This document shows positions 1-14,272 of a DNA stretch of 64,000 bases, in pieces. The first letter of the stretch is position 1; the number at the start of each line of letters is the position of its first letter. The notes under the pieces are model-generated. The model made no database searches. It was given only the letters and a program-made list of their open reading frames with translations, and was not told where the DNA came from. The position numbers and the translations under genes were made by a program. The DNA is from Epiperipatus broadwayi (lineage: Eukaryota; Animalia; Onychophora). Location: assembly GCA_028023455.1 (NCBI GenBank), contig JAQFVV010000001.1:12958001-13022000 (forward strand), in the 5' to 3' direction.

Positions 1-124
1 CATTTGTTACATATATATTAAAACAGGCAAAACTCTCTATGTCACTCAGTGCAAGCCAGAGTAATCAATGGATGCCAGAAGGTTTGTGCATAAAATCCCC
101 ATCTAGTGCCTACTCACCCAATAT

Positions 125-167
125 CCCCAGACTAGTTTCTAGATTGTAGCTTTTATCAATGAGGAGC
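125..167 (-). ncRNA. Degenerate mirror copy of the family A hammerhead
   Basis: Reverse complement reads CTCCTCA-TTGATAA-A-AGC-TACAA-TCT-A-GAAAC-TA-GTC-TGGGG: a U3/A8 core with a mismatched stem II. Confidence 0.6.
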
Positions 168-266
168 CTTGGATCTGAGAGCACTGCACCTAGATCGTAG
201 GATCTAATGCAAGCGAGGATTGCATTAGATCATAAGATCTAGGTGCAGTGCTCTCAGATCCAAAGC

Positions 267-308
267 TTCTCACTGATGAAGGCCACAAGCCAGAAACTAG
301 TCTGAGGA
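267..308 (+). ncRNA. Minimal type I hammerhead ribozyme (family A)
   Basis: TTCTCA-CTGATGA-A-GGC-CACAA-GCC-A-GAAAC-TA-GTC-TGAGGA. Intact CUGAUGA/GAAA core, 6-bp stem I, 3-bp stem II, palindromic stem III (ACTAGT) and a GUC triplet; predicted cut after 302. Confidence 0.8.
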
Positions 309-899
309 TATTGAATGAGTAGGCATTAGATGGGAATTTTATGCACAAGCCTTCTGGCATTCATTGATTACTCTGGCTTGCACTGAGTGACAATATGTAT
401 AGAGAGTTTTGCCTGTTTTAATAACAGTTATAAGTAAGCATAAGAAATGGTGGTCATGTGATGTTTATATCATATATTAATTGTAATGTAAATAAACATA
501 CCTGAACAATCATATCTTTTCAAACACTACAATAATTAAATCAAATTCCTTTATCTTACAATGAAACCAATAGGTAAGTCTTATCTTTTCTCATTAGTTA
601 TCATTTTTTGATTCTATAAAACATATTCAGTTTTTGGTAACAATAATGAAAAGTAATTCCATAAATGATGATAATTATCCATAAAATATTTTGTAATTGC
701 TGTAGTCTTTTCTATTTATTTATTTTTTCATAAAATGGGAAAAAGAAGCTTTTTTAAGATTAAATAACACCGCTTTCAGAATTTAATATATTACTAAAAA
801 ATTACTTTAATTTTAAAATATATTTCCAATTATATCAAAACTTCGCAAAAATTTTATCAGTACATGAAGTCAGTTCGGTTGACTTTTAATTTACAAAGA

Positions 900-2500
900 A
901 CTTTTTAATCTGTATATTTCTATATTTAAATGATTTTATAGATTGGGTAAATAATTAAATACAATCAATTGAATTCTTTTATCACTATTCCCTCAATCCA
1001 CTGAAAATACCACTATTACATAAAAGATTGCCATCCCTCATTTAATAACATCGTTTTTCTTATTCAACAACCAATAAATTCTAAAATGGTTTGCATCAGA
1101 TAATTATTAGATATTTTTTGCACTTTTAATCCACCAATCAGTCGTGATGGGGTTATAAATCGTTGAACTTCTGGAGTTAGATATTTATACTTATTATAAA
1201 GTTATAATTCATTTTAGGAGAGAAATGGTGTGTTTTCTTTTAATCAAATCTCTAATAATAAAGTCATAGTTAGAGATACAGTAATAAATTTGTTTCCACA
1301 ACACAATTCGTATATAAGAATATCAGATCTCAATAAACTGATCAGCTTGAAAATCCAATTGAGCAACTTTGTGTTTATTAATTATTCAAAATAAATACCA
1401 TTAGCAACTACTTTATAGAATATAGAATTTATTTTTTGAATCTATGACTACCCAATAATCTGCAATTACAAGTGTTGCAATGTTGATCAATTTTAATAAT
1501 TTTTAAATTATAATTTATAAGATATCATTGTTTGGAGCTCAATTGTATCTAAATTCCTTTATGGAATTTTTTTGGGCAAAAATATTATGATAGTCAAAGA
1601 ATTCAAAACAGATAATTTAGATCAGGTAACACCATTACTCCAAATAATTCTAAGCCATAATTACTATTTCTACTAACAAATGCATTAAAATTCTGAGAAG
1701 ACAATATTTTTATTGGTATTGATGCAAAAACATTATCCAACAAGGAAGAAAGACTTTTTTACTTTGACGTTTTTAAATGCAATAAAACAAAAACATATGC
1801 AATTGCATAAGTCAATATTTAATAGCTTTCCATTTAAACATCCAAGAATTCTTAGAATATAACTTTCAGAAGTTAGATTTTACAGCAAAATCAAGTTTGC
1901 CATTGCATTTTAATTTATTTAAAACATAGATGCGGATTTTAATATAATCAGATTATAAAAGTTACCATAGTAGAATGATTATTTGAACAAAGAAATGAGC
2001 AAATGTTATAAATGTTAAATATTATAAAGAGACAATATTTTAAAATATATGAAAAGTCTTCATGGAAGATTTGAATTTATATCTTAATAGCTTTGTTGAT
2101 ATTCCAAAGAAACTTGTAGGTATCTGCTTTTTCAATTAATTATTTTTTCTTTGTATGAGCAGCAATGATAATATTAATTATTGATAATTCTTCCAAATTT
2201 GTAGTAAACAGGACCAGTTCTGAATAGAGCTGATCAATCTCCAAAGTATTTTCTGGATCAAATACTTTCCAAAATTCAATTCCAAATGTAAAGCTTCAAG
2301 CAACATTATTACTATGAATTTACTAAATCTGTCCTAATTACTATTTCTTCAATGTCAGAAGTTTTGCATACTTTATATACTCTTATTTATTTGCATATAA
2401 AAACAGAAGAAACTGAAGTGCCAAATAATATATAAGTAATTTAAACATACAAATTTGGTTGCAGAAACATAAAACTTCATTTACACAGTTTGTCTAAAAG
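900..2500 (-). mobile_element. Highly degraded LINE-like RT remnant (possibly L1/Tx1-like)
   Basis: Stop-riddled minus-strand translation includes ITPSRLIGGLKVQ (resembles the LINE RT C-terminal P..GGL motif) and KEFRY. Weak. Confidence 0.25.
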
Positions 2501-5249
2501 CTATCTAACTAATAATGTAAGAAAACGCATTATATATATACCAAATTAAGAGATCAAAATTGCAAGATAAAATTTTAAAAAAAAGCTCACATAGCAGAGA
2601 CTGAAAATACTATTTGTATTATATAGCCTTTTATAAATCAATCTTATATATACAAAGTAGCAGAAGATTCTTTTGGTCAGGTACTGCTTACTGATTATAG
2701 GTAGTTTTTTTTTTTTAATATCTGAAATTATTCAGCTATCTGTGAATTGTGTATTAGTAGGAAGTCGAGCGCCCTCATTTTGTCTACTTTTTAAAAAAGT
2801 TAAAGCTTCAGACATTAGCATATTATTTTTTAGTTGTCCAGAGTGGTGTATTGATAAAATGGTGTATCCATGGTTCATGACTCAGTTTTGTCCGTTTCGA
2901 TGCTCGACCTTGTTACAACTCCTAGTCATAATTTATTAAACAATGTTTTCTTTAAAATAATAATAATAGAATAACTAAATACATTAAATGTAAATGTCTT
3001 CAGGCCAATTATATAGCAATATCGAATAAATAAAATATATTTTTTATTTTATTTACCTCACTCTTTTTATAATTTTTAAGTAATATTCCACATTAAAAAA
3101 AAAAATAATAGTAAGTTATTCTTGTTCTTCTTACGTGTTTTATTATTGTCAGATAAAACGAGATTTATTCAATATTCTATCATATTCAGACCCGCATATA
3201 TCCAAAAAAGAGAGCATACAGATACAACAACTAACATATTAAAATCGTAACTCATTTTATTTGCCGTGCTGATTATTTTGCCTAGGAAATCTTATTATAA
3301 TAAAATATAATCAATCAATAAATATATACACTCACACACAATCAAAATGTTAAATACGCATTTCAATTGAATTAGATATTGAAAATTATCACAGGAGAGG
3401 ATTATAATTTTCTTTTTTTTACTTGTTAAGAATTTTAATTTAATTAATTCTGGCAAGTGTAATATTCACTTAATGCTTCTCCCCCCCCCCCTTCTTCCCG
3501 CTCCTCCTCCCTTATTTTAGTTCTAATTGGATTTGTTGAAATAAGATTTTGAAATATATTTAATTAAAAAAATGTTATTATGAAATAAATGTAATTTATA
3601 AAAAAAATAAAAAATAGAGTCATATATCATATGATCTCCCTTTTTTTTAAGCTTGTAAAAATATAAACAAAGAACAATTTGTGTAATATTTCACTTTTCT
3701 TTTACGACTAAATTATTTTCTTATTAGTGCTATTATTAATATCGACTTTTTATGTAAAGATGAGATTTTATAGATGTAATTTCCTATTCTATACAATGCC
3801 CAGGTATAACAAATTTTAATAGTACATGTGGGATATGTTTGAAATTTTCTTCACTTTTTATACAGAGCTATTTATATTTTTGCCACTAAGAACTCATCAA
3901 ATGTTTAAACATAACTCCAGGGTTACTTTTCATCAATCTTTCACTTTAAATCCTAACCTTTATCTAGAAATAATACATTTTGTAGAATATTGATTTTTGA
4001 CTCGAAACTTAATATTACTCTAAATCTTATTCAAAATACTGTATCCTACTTTTTATTATATTTATGTGAAGAGTAATTGTGGTCTTACTTTTAAGATATT
4101 CATTAAAAAAACAAGTAAGGTCAAATGAAAGCTAAGATAATTTCTGTATTAACTTAAGCTATGCATTCAATTCTTGATTCATAAATTAGATAATTAATAT
4201 ATAAATTGCCGCAGCGTCGATAATATTAACTTACTATCCACTAATAAATAATATATGTATATATCTATGTGTGTGTTGTGGGAGGAGGCAGGCAAGGTGT
4301 GCAGTAGAACAATAATAAAATAAAATGAAGAATTGTGATTAATCAAGATATTAAAGATTTTCAGAAAGATAAGTTGCGTGCAGAAAAGATTAAAAGACAA
4401 TATTCAAAATGGTAAAACAAATGAATCTAAGAATTGGAGTGATATATGCAGATATATTTATGTTTTGTGAAACATTATAGTTAAATTAAATACATTTTAT
4501 TCTTTTTCTCGTTCTCCCTCTTATCTGAAGTTAGGATGTTTAAGTTTATTTAATAGTTGTAAATTGTATGTGCTTTTTAAAACTAAGATATATTTAATAA
4601 AATCCTTGTTTTAGGGCACTGTGCACTGAGCGTAATGATATGAAACGAAAGATAAAGGAGGCATGCTTTATTGCAAATGACAACTATGCAATAAACCGAA
4701 AAAAATCGTGCTTTGCAATCTCCAGAAAATGGTCTATATGAAAGAAAACTTTGAATAAATTTTGCATAAATTACTGCTAAGCTTCGCTTAAAATTCCCAA
4801 CATAAGCCGACACTCCCAAGATAGGCTATGAATATGGAGACCTAAGTTCTCCGAAAGCCTAAGCCTTATAATTCTTTTTAAATAATACTAAACTTCACTT
4901 TTTTGCATAAAGCGCAATTAAAACATATTTAATATATTCAGTCTAGAAGTGTTCAAGTATTAAAATTTTGATTTCCATTAATGTCAAGCTAAGAAGACAA
5001 AAACTAATATTCAGAAAGATTACATTGAATCTAATCTAGATCATGTAAATCATTTAAAACTATTTACTAAATTTGGAAATGTTTGACATTTGTACAAGAT
5101 TTTAAAAAAAAAAAAATGGATATATGAACTAGAAACAGACAAATAAATAGCAGAAACAAAAAAATTATAAATAAAAATAATTACAAGTGAAGAAATTTAT
5201 TTATTTAGCATTAGAATTTTGTTTAGACAGTTAAAGATTTTCAGGAATC

Positions 5250-7200
5250 GTAGAGATTCTAATTCTTAGATAAGGTCTTTATTAAGTTCTTTGATTCTAT
5301 CACAAATCAAAAGATTTTAAAATGTCATTTCTGAAGAAGATTTGCTGGCCATTGTTATTTTTAAATTTGTTGTTGAGATTACACTAATATCTAAGTAGAT
5401 TAAATAGATATTTTTATTGTCCATCTGAAAATAAAAATATTTGAATTTTTAGAGGTCCAATTTTTACATTACAATTATTCTTTTATTTAAAAAGTATATC
5501 ATTAAATATGATTAGACATTTAGAAAGACCTTCATTTAAAATGAGTGGATGTGATGAAATTGGTTTCTCATTATTGTTAATCCAATATACCTAATAATAT
5601 TTTTATAGATTTTTTTGTAAGGTATCTTGTCTTTTGATATATAATGGAGTGTATGTGAAAAAATGAAAAGATACTGCATAGGATGGTCATGAGTGTAATA
5701 TTTATCATGATAATAATTATTTGCATATCTAGAAATATAGTGTAAATTCTTGTTCTCCAGCAAGACTCAATATTTATTATTTGATTGTGGTAGTACTAAG
5801 AAAATTGTTCTTAGATTATTTTCAAAGTATCTTTAGATAAGAAAATTAAGATTATCACTGTCAGACATTATTTGTAAGAAGCAAGGAAAATGATTGAAAT
5901 TCAGTCGTTTCAGTTTAATGTTGCAAAAGATTATACTGTATTTAGTTTAGTAGATGATTCCCGGATGTTAAAATGAAAAGTCGAATTTATTGAAGTTGTA
6001 CAATTAGAAATAAAAACCTTATTAAGAGATTGTTTTATTTCTAACGATTTTTGTGTATGTATGTAAAATAATATTATCAGTATATTTTCTTCAATCTGTT
6101 TTTGGAAATCTCAAAGAATATATTAAATAAATAGATGAAAGAACTGAAACTTTGGAAGTCCATTTTGTAAAACTTTGTATCTATTATAATTATGTTTTAG
6201 AGTCTTTGGAATTTTTTTTATTGAATTAAATCAGTAGTTGTTTTGCATTTAAAGATTTTAGAATTTTGAGGAAATAACTTTTTTTTTTTTCAAATCATAA
6301 TCTGAAATTAGATTCATAAAGATAGCAGCAGTTTATAGTTTATTGCTAAGCCTACTTTAATGTGAATTATTAAATAATCAATTTTAGTTCACAGCAGTTT
6401 TCCTTTCGAAATCCAAACTATTCTAAAGGCATATGATATTTAATTCTATTTTTTTTCCAAACAGCTTATAAAGAACACAAAACAATAATATTAAACAATT
6501 TTTTTAGATCACTGATAGATTTATTAGTTTTAAAACTATTATAGCTTTGCTTTCATGCTGAATTTTTGTTATATTCTGAAGGAATAATGTTGCTGTATAA
6601 TTTTGTCAATAATGATTTGTTTTCTGGTGTGCCAAAGTTTTTAAAAACTTTGAAAGTATGTTAACTGATTTTGAAACAATTCCTGATTTCACATAATCAA
6701 AAACGTTAAAATTCATCATATTTTCAGTTTTTATTAGTTTGAGGTTAGATGAACATATGAATGAAATGTTTGTATGAAGCTTTAGTTATTTTCATTCTTG
6801 AATTTTAAAGAATAATATATAAGTCTGAAAATCTTCTTGGAAATGTCAATGATAGTTTTTTTTAGAGATGTTTCTATATCTCACTAAGCTTACATAAAAG
6901 TCATTAAATCACCTAAGTGGATCCAATAAAATTTTATTTTTCTATTAGTTTTTTATCTTTCTTTTCTGGCATTATCAAGACATTTTCTAAGTTTGTTGGC
7001 TATTTCAGGAATTTTGGTAAACAAATATTGACTTTGTTCAAGTTGTGATAAATTGCTTTCAAAATCCTCAAGATATAAAGATTTGGAAGTTGCAGTTGTG
7101 AGTTTTTAAAATCTATCTTAGGAGTAGAACATGAATGAGATTTTTTTAATATTCTTTTCAAGGTAAACAGTATATTTACTCCACTTAAGTTTTTTTTTAA
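5250..7200 (-). mobile_element. Degraded Penelope-like element remnant
   Basis: Minus ORF 5536-5763 contains KIPYKKIYKNIIRYIGLT (GIY-YIG-like). Further upstream on the minus strand, SGIVSKSVNILSKFL resembles the PLE RT RPIVS region. Boundaries approximate. Confidence 0.45.
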
Positions 7201-9893
7201 ATTCAATCTCAGTGAATTTTAATGTTGAGGATTCGAATTTCACAAATAGATTTGGTTTGTGCTCATAATATTAGTATATATACTAATGATAAATTCTTTT
7301 TTGATGAAAAAACCCCATAAGTCAGGGATCGTCTCTGTGTCCATATTTGCTGAATGAAGTTCTTTTTGCCTGGCATCATAAAGTATATGTATGTGGATTA
7401 AAGCCATTCATTCCAAAATTTGAAAATTTTGACTTCCATTGCATATCCCAAAGATTATTATGAACATTGAATTCTTCAATATGAATAGAAGGTATAAAAA
7501 TATCTAAAAAAAGTGAGGATAGTTTGTACTGAAGTTTTTAAGAGGAGCATAAAGATTATCTATATAAATAAAAAATTTGAATTATTTTCAATAGTATTTG
7601 TTTGCTTTGTTGAATGTTTTTTTATATATAAAGTTTACCATATCATCTTCACTATGCATCCTGTCAGAAATCAATGTGAAAGAGGAAATTTTAAAAAGTG
7701 TGCATTATTAAGAAATAATAAGTTTCCTGAAGTTTAATTACATTACCATTGGGTTATGTAATTAATCAAAGAAGGATTCCCATTTCTGATGAAGTAATTT
7801 TATTGTATTTTTTAGTTGAAGAGATTACTGTTGATTTACTAAATAAATAGCATACATTTATTTATATATACAATTAATATCTATATGTGGAAATCAGATT
7901 TCAAGGTTTGATAAACTCCTACATAATGTCAGATAATTACGAAATAAAAAATTATAAAAATTGGATATTTGTTTGATATTCTGTAAAATGGCAGGAATAA
8001 GTGAAATAAAGAGGAAGGTACAGCAAAAAATAAAAATACCAAAAATGTTATTTTAGCAAAAAAAAAAACAAAAACAAACAGCACTGTTTACTGCAAATAC
8101 AATGACATTATGAGGTGGGAGGGAGGAGGTTCTAAAAAAACCCCATATAAAAATAAAAAATAGATTAACAAATAATGAAAAAGTGCTAAAAATGATAGGA
8201 TTTTCTAAAAAAAATTTTTTAAAAAGTAGATGAAAAAAATAATAGTACCATCGGAAAAGCTACACAACCAATGTTCAAATGATAAGGAAAAAATTAAAAT
8301 GATAAAATATAGACAAAAACAAACAACAGCTGGAAAATGCAATAATGGCACCTCCATGTTAGTTCACTGATTATTGCAAAGATATCAATGATCAAATTTG
8401 AGTCTTGCCTCATTAATGCAATACCAAAATGAGCTCAGTCATATATGAGAACTCTTTCATACTATCTAATGACTACCAATTAGTGGATTGATCACACCAT
8501 CAACCTCAACAATAAAAGTTAACATATTTAATCATGAACTGAATGGCTTAACTTATAAGAAAGTGATGGACAGATCTCAAGATGCTTGGGCTCAGACTGA
8601 CGGATTGGGAGCGAATCACACTGACCTTGCCAGCATTCTCCTAATTCGCTTAGCCTCTGCTTCACTTCTTGATTTTAAACTTATACTCATTATAAATTTT
8701 GATGTGCCTTTCAATTCTCAAAAAGACATGCATAATTGTTCAACTGGGACAAAGTATGGACCAATCTATAATTCTACTGAAGCATTGATCCAACAATCAT
8801 GTATGTATTCACTTCTCATTTAGCTATGAACAGTGCTTGGTATTCATGTAATCATCATTGTATAAAGTTGTATCAATTGTAAATAAATCTTTATTTTTTT
8901 TTAAAAAAAAAAAATAATAATGGCATTATTGCTGTTATTCTTTTTATCATTTTTAGTTTGGATTTTGTTGTAGTTGAAAGGATACATAAAACATAACAAA
9001 AACATCAGCTAGTATTTCTCACTGAGTAGATAATTTATTTTATATTATAAATGCCTTAGAATGTATAATTATGGTATAATCACTGTTATAAGTGATTGTG
9101 ACATAAACAGCTAAGAGCATGCTTTGGCATTTGTAATATAAAATAAATGATCCACTTGCTGTAAGACTGAGGGCTATTTCGTCCTGTTACTACATAGTTC
9201 AAAGAAAGAAAAATTATATATAAAGCAAATCATCTTATTTCCTATTTACTGCAATTTTTTCTATATTTATCAGAGATAAAGACATAAAAATATATGCTAA
9301 ATTTACTTTTCACATGAGTTCCTTGGTAATTATTTTACAAATTGTAAATAATCACTTTGCACTTATAATTAATATCATATATTCAACTAAATATCACCCT
9401 ATAGAAACTTTCTTTTAAGCAAAAAATGCTCAACTTATAAATTGCATTACCTTCCAGCATATATCTAAACATTGCATATAATCAATTTAACTTTTTATCA
9501 TAATGTTTTTGAATAAAATTACAGCTAATCATCTCATTGTAATCTCAAGAATAAAGTTTAGTTAAATTATACTAATCTGATCAATAAAGAGAAATGGGTA
9601 TCCAATGGTGGATTGATTTAAAATTAATCTTTATCAGTATTCTTTTTTATTGCTTAATTGATTGACTTATAATTGCTATCTCATATATTTACACAAGTTC
9701 ATAAAAATTTTAATTTATAAAATAATGGCAACAATGTTTTAAGTATTTGGTTGTGATAACTTAATAACTGGTTCTCTTCCACTTTATTTATTCACAGAAA
9801 CAACCCTTACCTTTTTGGAATTTTTACTCCATTATTATCATTTAAAACTTACATAAACACATTCCAACATATTATTAACCAATAATTATATTA

Positions 9894-10181
9894 GCAAACT
9901 CTCAGTAGTGCCATCCAAAGCAAGCCAAGGTAATCAATGAATGCCAAAATTTTTGTGCATAAAATCCCTATCTAGTACCTATTCCTGCAATATCTCCAGG
10001 CTAATTTCTAGCTTGGGCTTTTTATTACAACTAAAAACTAATATGGGGATATTAGAAGAGTAGATACTAGATAGGAATTTTATACACAAATTTTCTGGTA
10101 ACCATTGATTACTATGGCTTGTACTGGATGACACTGTATTGAGAGTTTGCTGCAATTATAAACAGCTTGTATGTGATGTTT
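9894..10181. mobile_element. Family A foldback, internally deleted and diverged
   Basis: GCAAACTCTC...GAGAGTTTGC termini, arms homologous to 16-423, tail remnant ATGTGATGTTT on the right. Confidence 0.85.
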
Positions 10182-13100
10182 TGTTGGTTCAATAATAAAA
10201 TTGAGAATAAAACAAGGCAGAATTGGGATCTTTTTGCAGTGCCATTATAAAATATTATAAACAAAAGAAACTTTATTATTTTTCATATTCTACAATTCAT
10301 TTTAGGATTGGGTACTTTCTATCATATTTACAGCATACATTTTTTTTTAGTTGATGATACAGGGATGGAAATTTCTATAAATAACCTTTTGCATAATTAG
10401 AACCAATCCTATTATATTATAAATAACTGATTAATGCAACAATTAAAAAATACTTTTAATGAAGGAAGCACAGATTTTTGTTATATCTAATCTACTACTA
10501 ATATTTTGATATCAGGATCAAAAACAAACACATGATGCTGCTACAGATTCGCCCTCTATTATAAGATTTTACAAACATAATTTTATCACATCCATTAAAA
10601 TAAAATAAATTAATTAATGGGTAGTTACTCAAAAAATCATATGAAGTTTAAGCACAAGTTAGCAACAAGTGTCATTACTCAGATGAAAATCATTAGGAAT
10701 CTTCAGCTCTAAATTTGCGATTCGGTTACTAAGCTAAACTGCACAGACATTATGTTATTATATAACCAATAAGAAATAAACTTCATATACATTTTGAATC
10801 ACTGCAGAATTTACTTTTGTTCTTATTATAAATAAATTACCCACAGACAATCACATTTTAATAAGGAAAAACTACTTATATGTCTAATAACATGATCAAA
10901 TTATTGGATTTCTTTAATGGTTTAGTTTTTTTTTTTGAAAATTTATAGATGCATAAGTATTTAACAGTGACTCAATTGCAGCTATTAAGAAATTTCTGGT
11001 TCAAGGCAAGCTTACAGAGAAAGGCAACCTCAAGGTTCCAATGTGGACATTCAGCAATAGATAACATTTTTTTAAGATTTTTTGATTTGTAGCAGTTGCA
11101 AAAGCAAATTGTAAATGTGTCATTTTGTAAGTAAGTGAAATAATAATTATTTTTTTAATTATTAAAAATCCTTCCAAACTGCAATGATATTTTTTTATTA
11201 CTTACAAAATATTACAAGTGTTTATTATTAAATCCATTTTAAATAGAAATAACATGACAGTGAAAATATCAAGACCCTGTGTTTTCTTCATTTTAAAACA
11301 CTTGATTGATTTCAATTACATGTTTAAACACAAATTATTTCTTTCAAGCATTTCATTAATTCAATGATAAAGTGGTGATTCACAAGATAAAGGTTTTAAT
11401 ATGCCATTTCTTTTTGAAGAAAATGAAAAAATTAATAAATCTCAGTTTGTTTGATTGACAGAAGTTACTGGACTTGAGCTCTCAAATGTCATATGACTCC
11501 CACCACATCAAATCATATGATCGTTTTATGTTTTAATTTAATCATGGACAATATACATTGCTGTTTATGACATTAGTTTTTACTATTGTAGTGTAGCTTT
11601 TCAAGTTATAAATTTTTGTTATTAATAATTAAAGTTTCAAATAATCAAATTCAGATTGTAATCCATATTAATGTACAGCCTTCTATGTTAGCCCTTATCA
11701 TTATATCTAATCTAAAAATTTAAGATCTCTATTTAAATTCATATGAAAAATTGACCCTGCTCAAGTCTCTTTTATTTTAGTATATTCAACCAGTCAGAAT
11801 ATATGTCATTGCTTTAACTGAAAATTTTGATGAGAATAACTAAGTTTTTAGAGATCACTGTACCCAAAACTGATTATTGATATGTATTTATTATTACTTA
11901 ATGAATACATATTAAATAATTATACAAGAAAATTTGTGCATCCACGTTTGCACAGGGATGCATAAGAATTTAGAAAATTGGAAACAAAAGAACTGGACCA
12001 TGAACCATAAACTTTAAGCTTCAGTATATGTCATTAAATCATTACACCAAATCAAACAAAGCAGTTTTACATTTATTTTTTGTGACAGAAAATGCTCTCC
12101 ATGTTTGTGCAATTATCAATTAACAGTCATCCTGTTTTATAACTTTTAAATGATTAATGTTGCTAATTATTTAATCAGTTGTGATAAATTGATAATATTT
12201 GTATTTGGATCTTGTCCCAAAGCTTTTTATCCAAATCTAAGTAATTCTAGGTTCACATATAAAACTACAAATACAGTTACATTATCTATAGCCTTCGTCT
12301 AATAGCTAGACATTTAATACTGCTTTTGATCATACTATGAGCAACTAACTATATGGTTAAATTGTAAGGGAGACTATATAATGTTTGAATATCCAAATAA
12401 TAATTAAAGCCATTTTTATTTATTTGATCAAACTTAATTTTTTTTTACTAATCCAATGAAAATTATCTAAAAACCCTTAGCATTTGTGTCCATTATTCTA
12501 TCACTATCAAAGGGAATTGTGTATCTTAATTAAAATTAGGATCTGTGGGTAGAAGAATGACTTTGTAAATAATATAATTCTGTGTACTCTGCCCAACATT
12601 CAGTCATTTTTAATATAAACTTATAATGGAAGAATAACTTAAGAGTACTCTCATTTTCAATTTTATAAATCCCAAACTACTTTACTAATAGAACGATTTA
12701 TACCAAACTTTATAATAATAAAATAAATTTTAAAAGAAAATAAATGTAATGTCTTAAAATTCCGTCTTTGCTAATATTTTTTTGGAAGTACTTCTCTTTT
12801 TTTAACATTTGCAAGTAGCATGAAAAATAATTTTAATTTAAATAGTCTCATCCAAAATGCATGTTCATTCTTAAAATTTTGCTCTTATATCAGCATCAAA
12901 TTTATAATTAAATTTGTTAAAAAGAGCTCTCATTAAATATTGTAGTTAAAATTTTGTTGCTTTTTTATTAAATAATTTATACCTTTTTGTCTTTGAGATA
13001 ATAAGCGTTTCCGTTTTTGGTTCAGAAAAAACATATTCTGTTCTAATATCTGTATCTATTGTCTAACTATAACCTATGTGCTGTAACAATTTATGCAGAT

Positions 13101-14089
13101 ATATTTTTATATCTTCCTTTTTTTCTATACGAAAGTCAGTTCTTCTCATAGATCTACCAACTTAAATAAATTTTGGCTAGATAAATAGGGTATCACAGTT
13201 GCAACTGGTTAGTTTATTGATTGCATTGCAGTTTTGACTTCAATTATTTCTATACCTTCTGGCATTCGCTAGTATAGAATGTGATCTTTTTGAACTTCTA
13301 GATAATTTTGTTTTTTAAGAACAATGATAGTTTTAAATTAATTTGAAAAGTTAATGGTTTTTCTTAAATCTACTCCATGAGCCTTAAAAACTTTGTTACA
13401 GCAAAATTATATTATAATTAAGTTCTGAAATCCTAAAGATGTATTAATAATAATTAATTAATGTACTTTGTAATTAAAACAATAAATTGATGAAGAGCAA
13501 TATTTTTTTAAATTGTCACATGGAAAAAGAATGATAACCATTTTTTAATTTTGTAATGACTTGATCAATTCTATTTGAGATAATAGATTATATATATATA
13601 TATATTTAAAAAAAAAAAACTCATTACTAAAAGATCAGAAGTTTAAACGATACAAATTGTTTTTTGTTGTTGTTGGTGGTGTTCTATATTGATTAAAATA
13701 TAATTAAATAATTAAGCAGCTCGTAAATATCCTATTGCAGAACATGAGACATATTTACAGCCTGGATAGGAAGAATTTAAGTAGCCCATTTACCAACAAA
13801 TATTGAATGGTTTTTCTAGGTCGATACAGCCATGTGAAAAAAAAAAAAAAATTCTAAGCGAAATTAAAACCTAAAGTAATTTTTCAAGTTTTGCTCAGCC
13901 TAGATTTAATCTCAGGTTATAGGCATGACATATGGATGTAGTGCAGATGAGTGTAGTACAATGATCTATTATGTGGTAAAAATATAAATGTTAGAAGAAT
14001 GGTGCCAGAAACAGATAGAATTTAAACTTGAATCTGATTATCATGGAAATTGTTTGCAATTGGCTCTCATTTCTTAGTACAATTTATTT

Positions 14090-14272
14090 CAACAGGCAAA
14101 ACTCTCTATATGTATTGCCACTCAGTGCAACTCAGACACTAGATGGGGATTTTATGCACAAGCTTTCTGGCATCCATTGATTACTCTGGCTTGCACTGGA
14201 CTGACAATATGTATAGAGAGTTTTGCCTGTTTTAATAACTGTTAAGAGCAAGCATAAGAAATGGTGGTCATG
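14090..14272. mobile_element. Family A foldback, central deletion removes the hammerhead
   Basis: AACAGGCAAAACTCTCTATA...TATAGAGAGTTTTGCCTGTT plus the tail AAGCATAAGAAATGGTGGTCATG. Confidence 0.9.

Larger units (their letters stand above)
16..470. mobile_element. Family A foldback element: about 200-bp inverted arms with a hammerhead motif in each arm, plus a one-sided tail of about 45 bp
   Basis: Arm 16-212 is the reverse complement of 220-423 (TATTAAAACAGGCAAAACTCTC...GAGAGTTTTGCCTGTTTTAATA) around the loop GCGAGGA at 213-219. The tail ACAGTTATAAGTAAGCATAAGAAATGGTGGTCATGTGATGTTT recurs on one side only in the copies at 9.9k, 14.1k and 41.3k. Confidence 0.9.

Noticed and set aside
8488-8823. 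111-aa ORF with LLDFK..IINFDVP, resembling DEAD-box helicase C-terminal motifs
   Set aside because: The key HRIGRTGR motif is absent and there is no splice support. Probably chance or decayed sequence; a BLASTP would settle it.
10970-11065. Short frame ...KGNLKVPMW resembling ribosomal protein S19 (SGKLKVPEW)
   Set aside because: The match is only a few residues, is followed by a stop, and no other exons support it.
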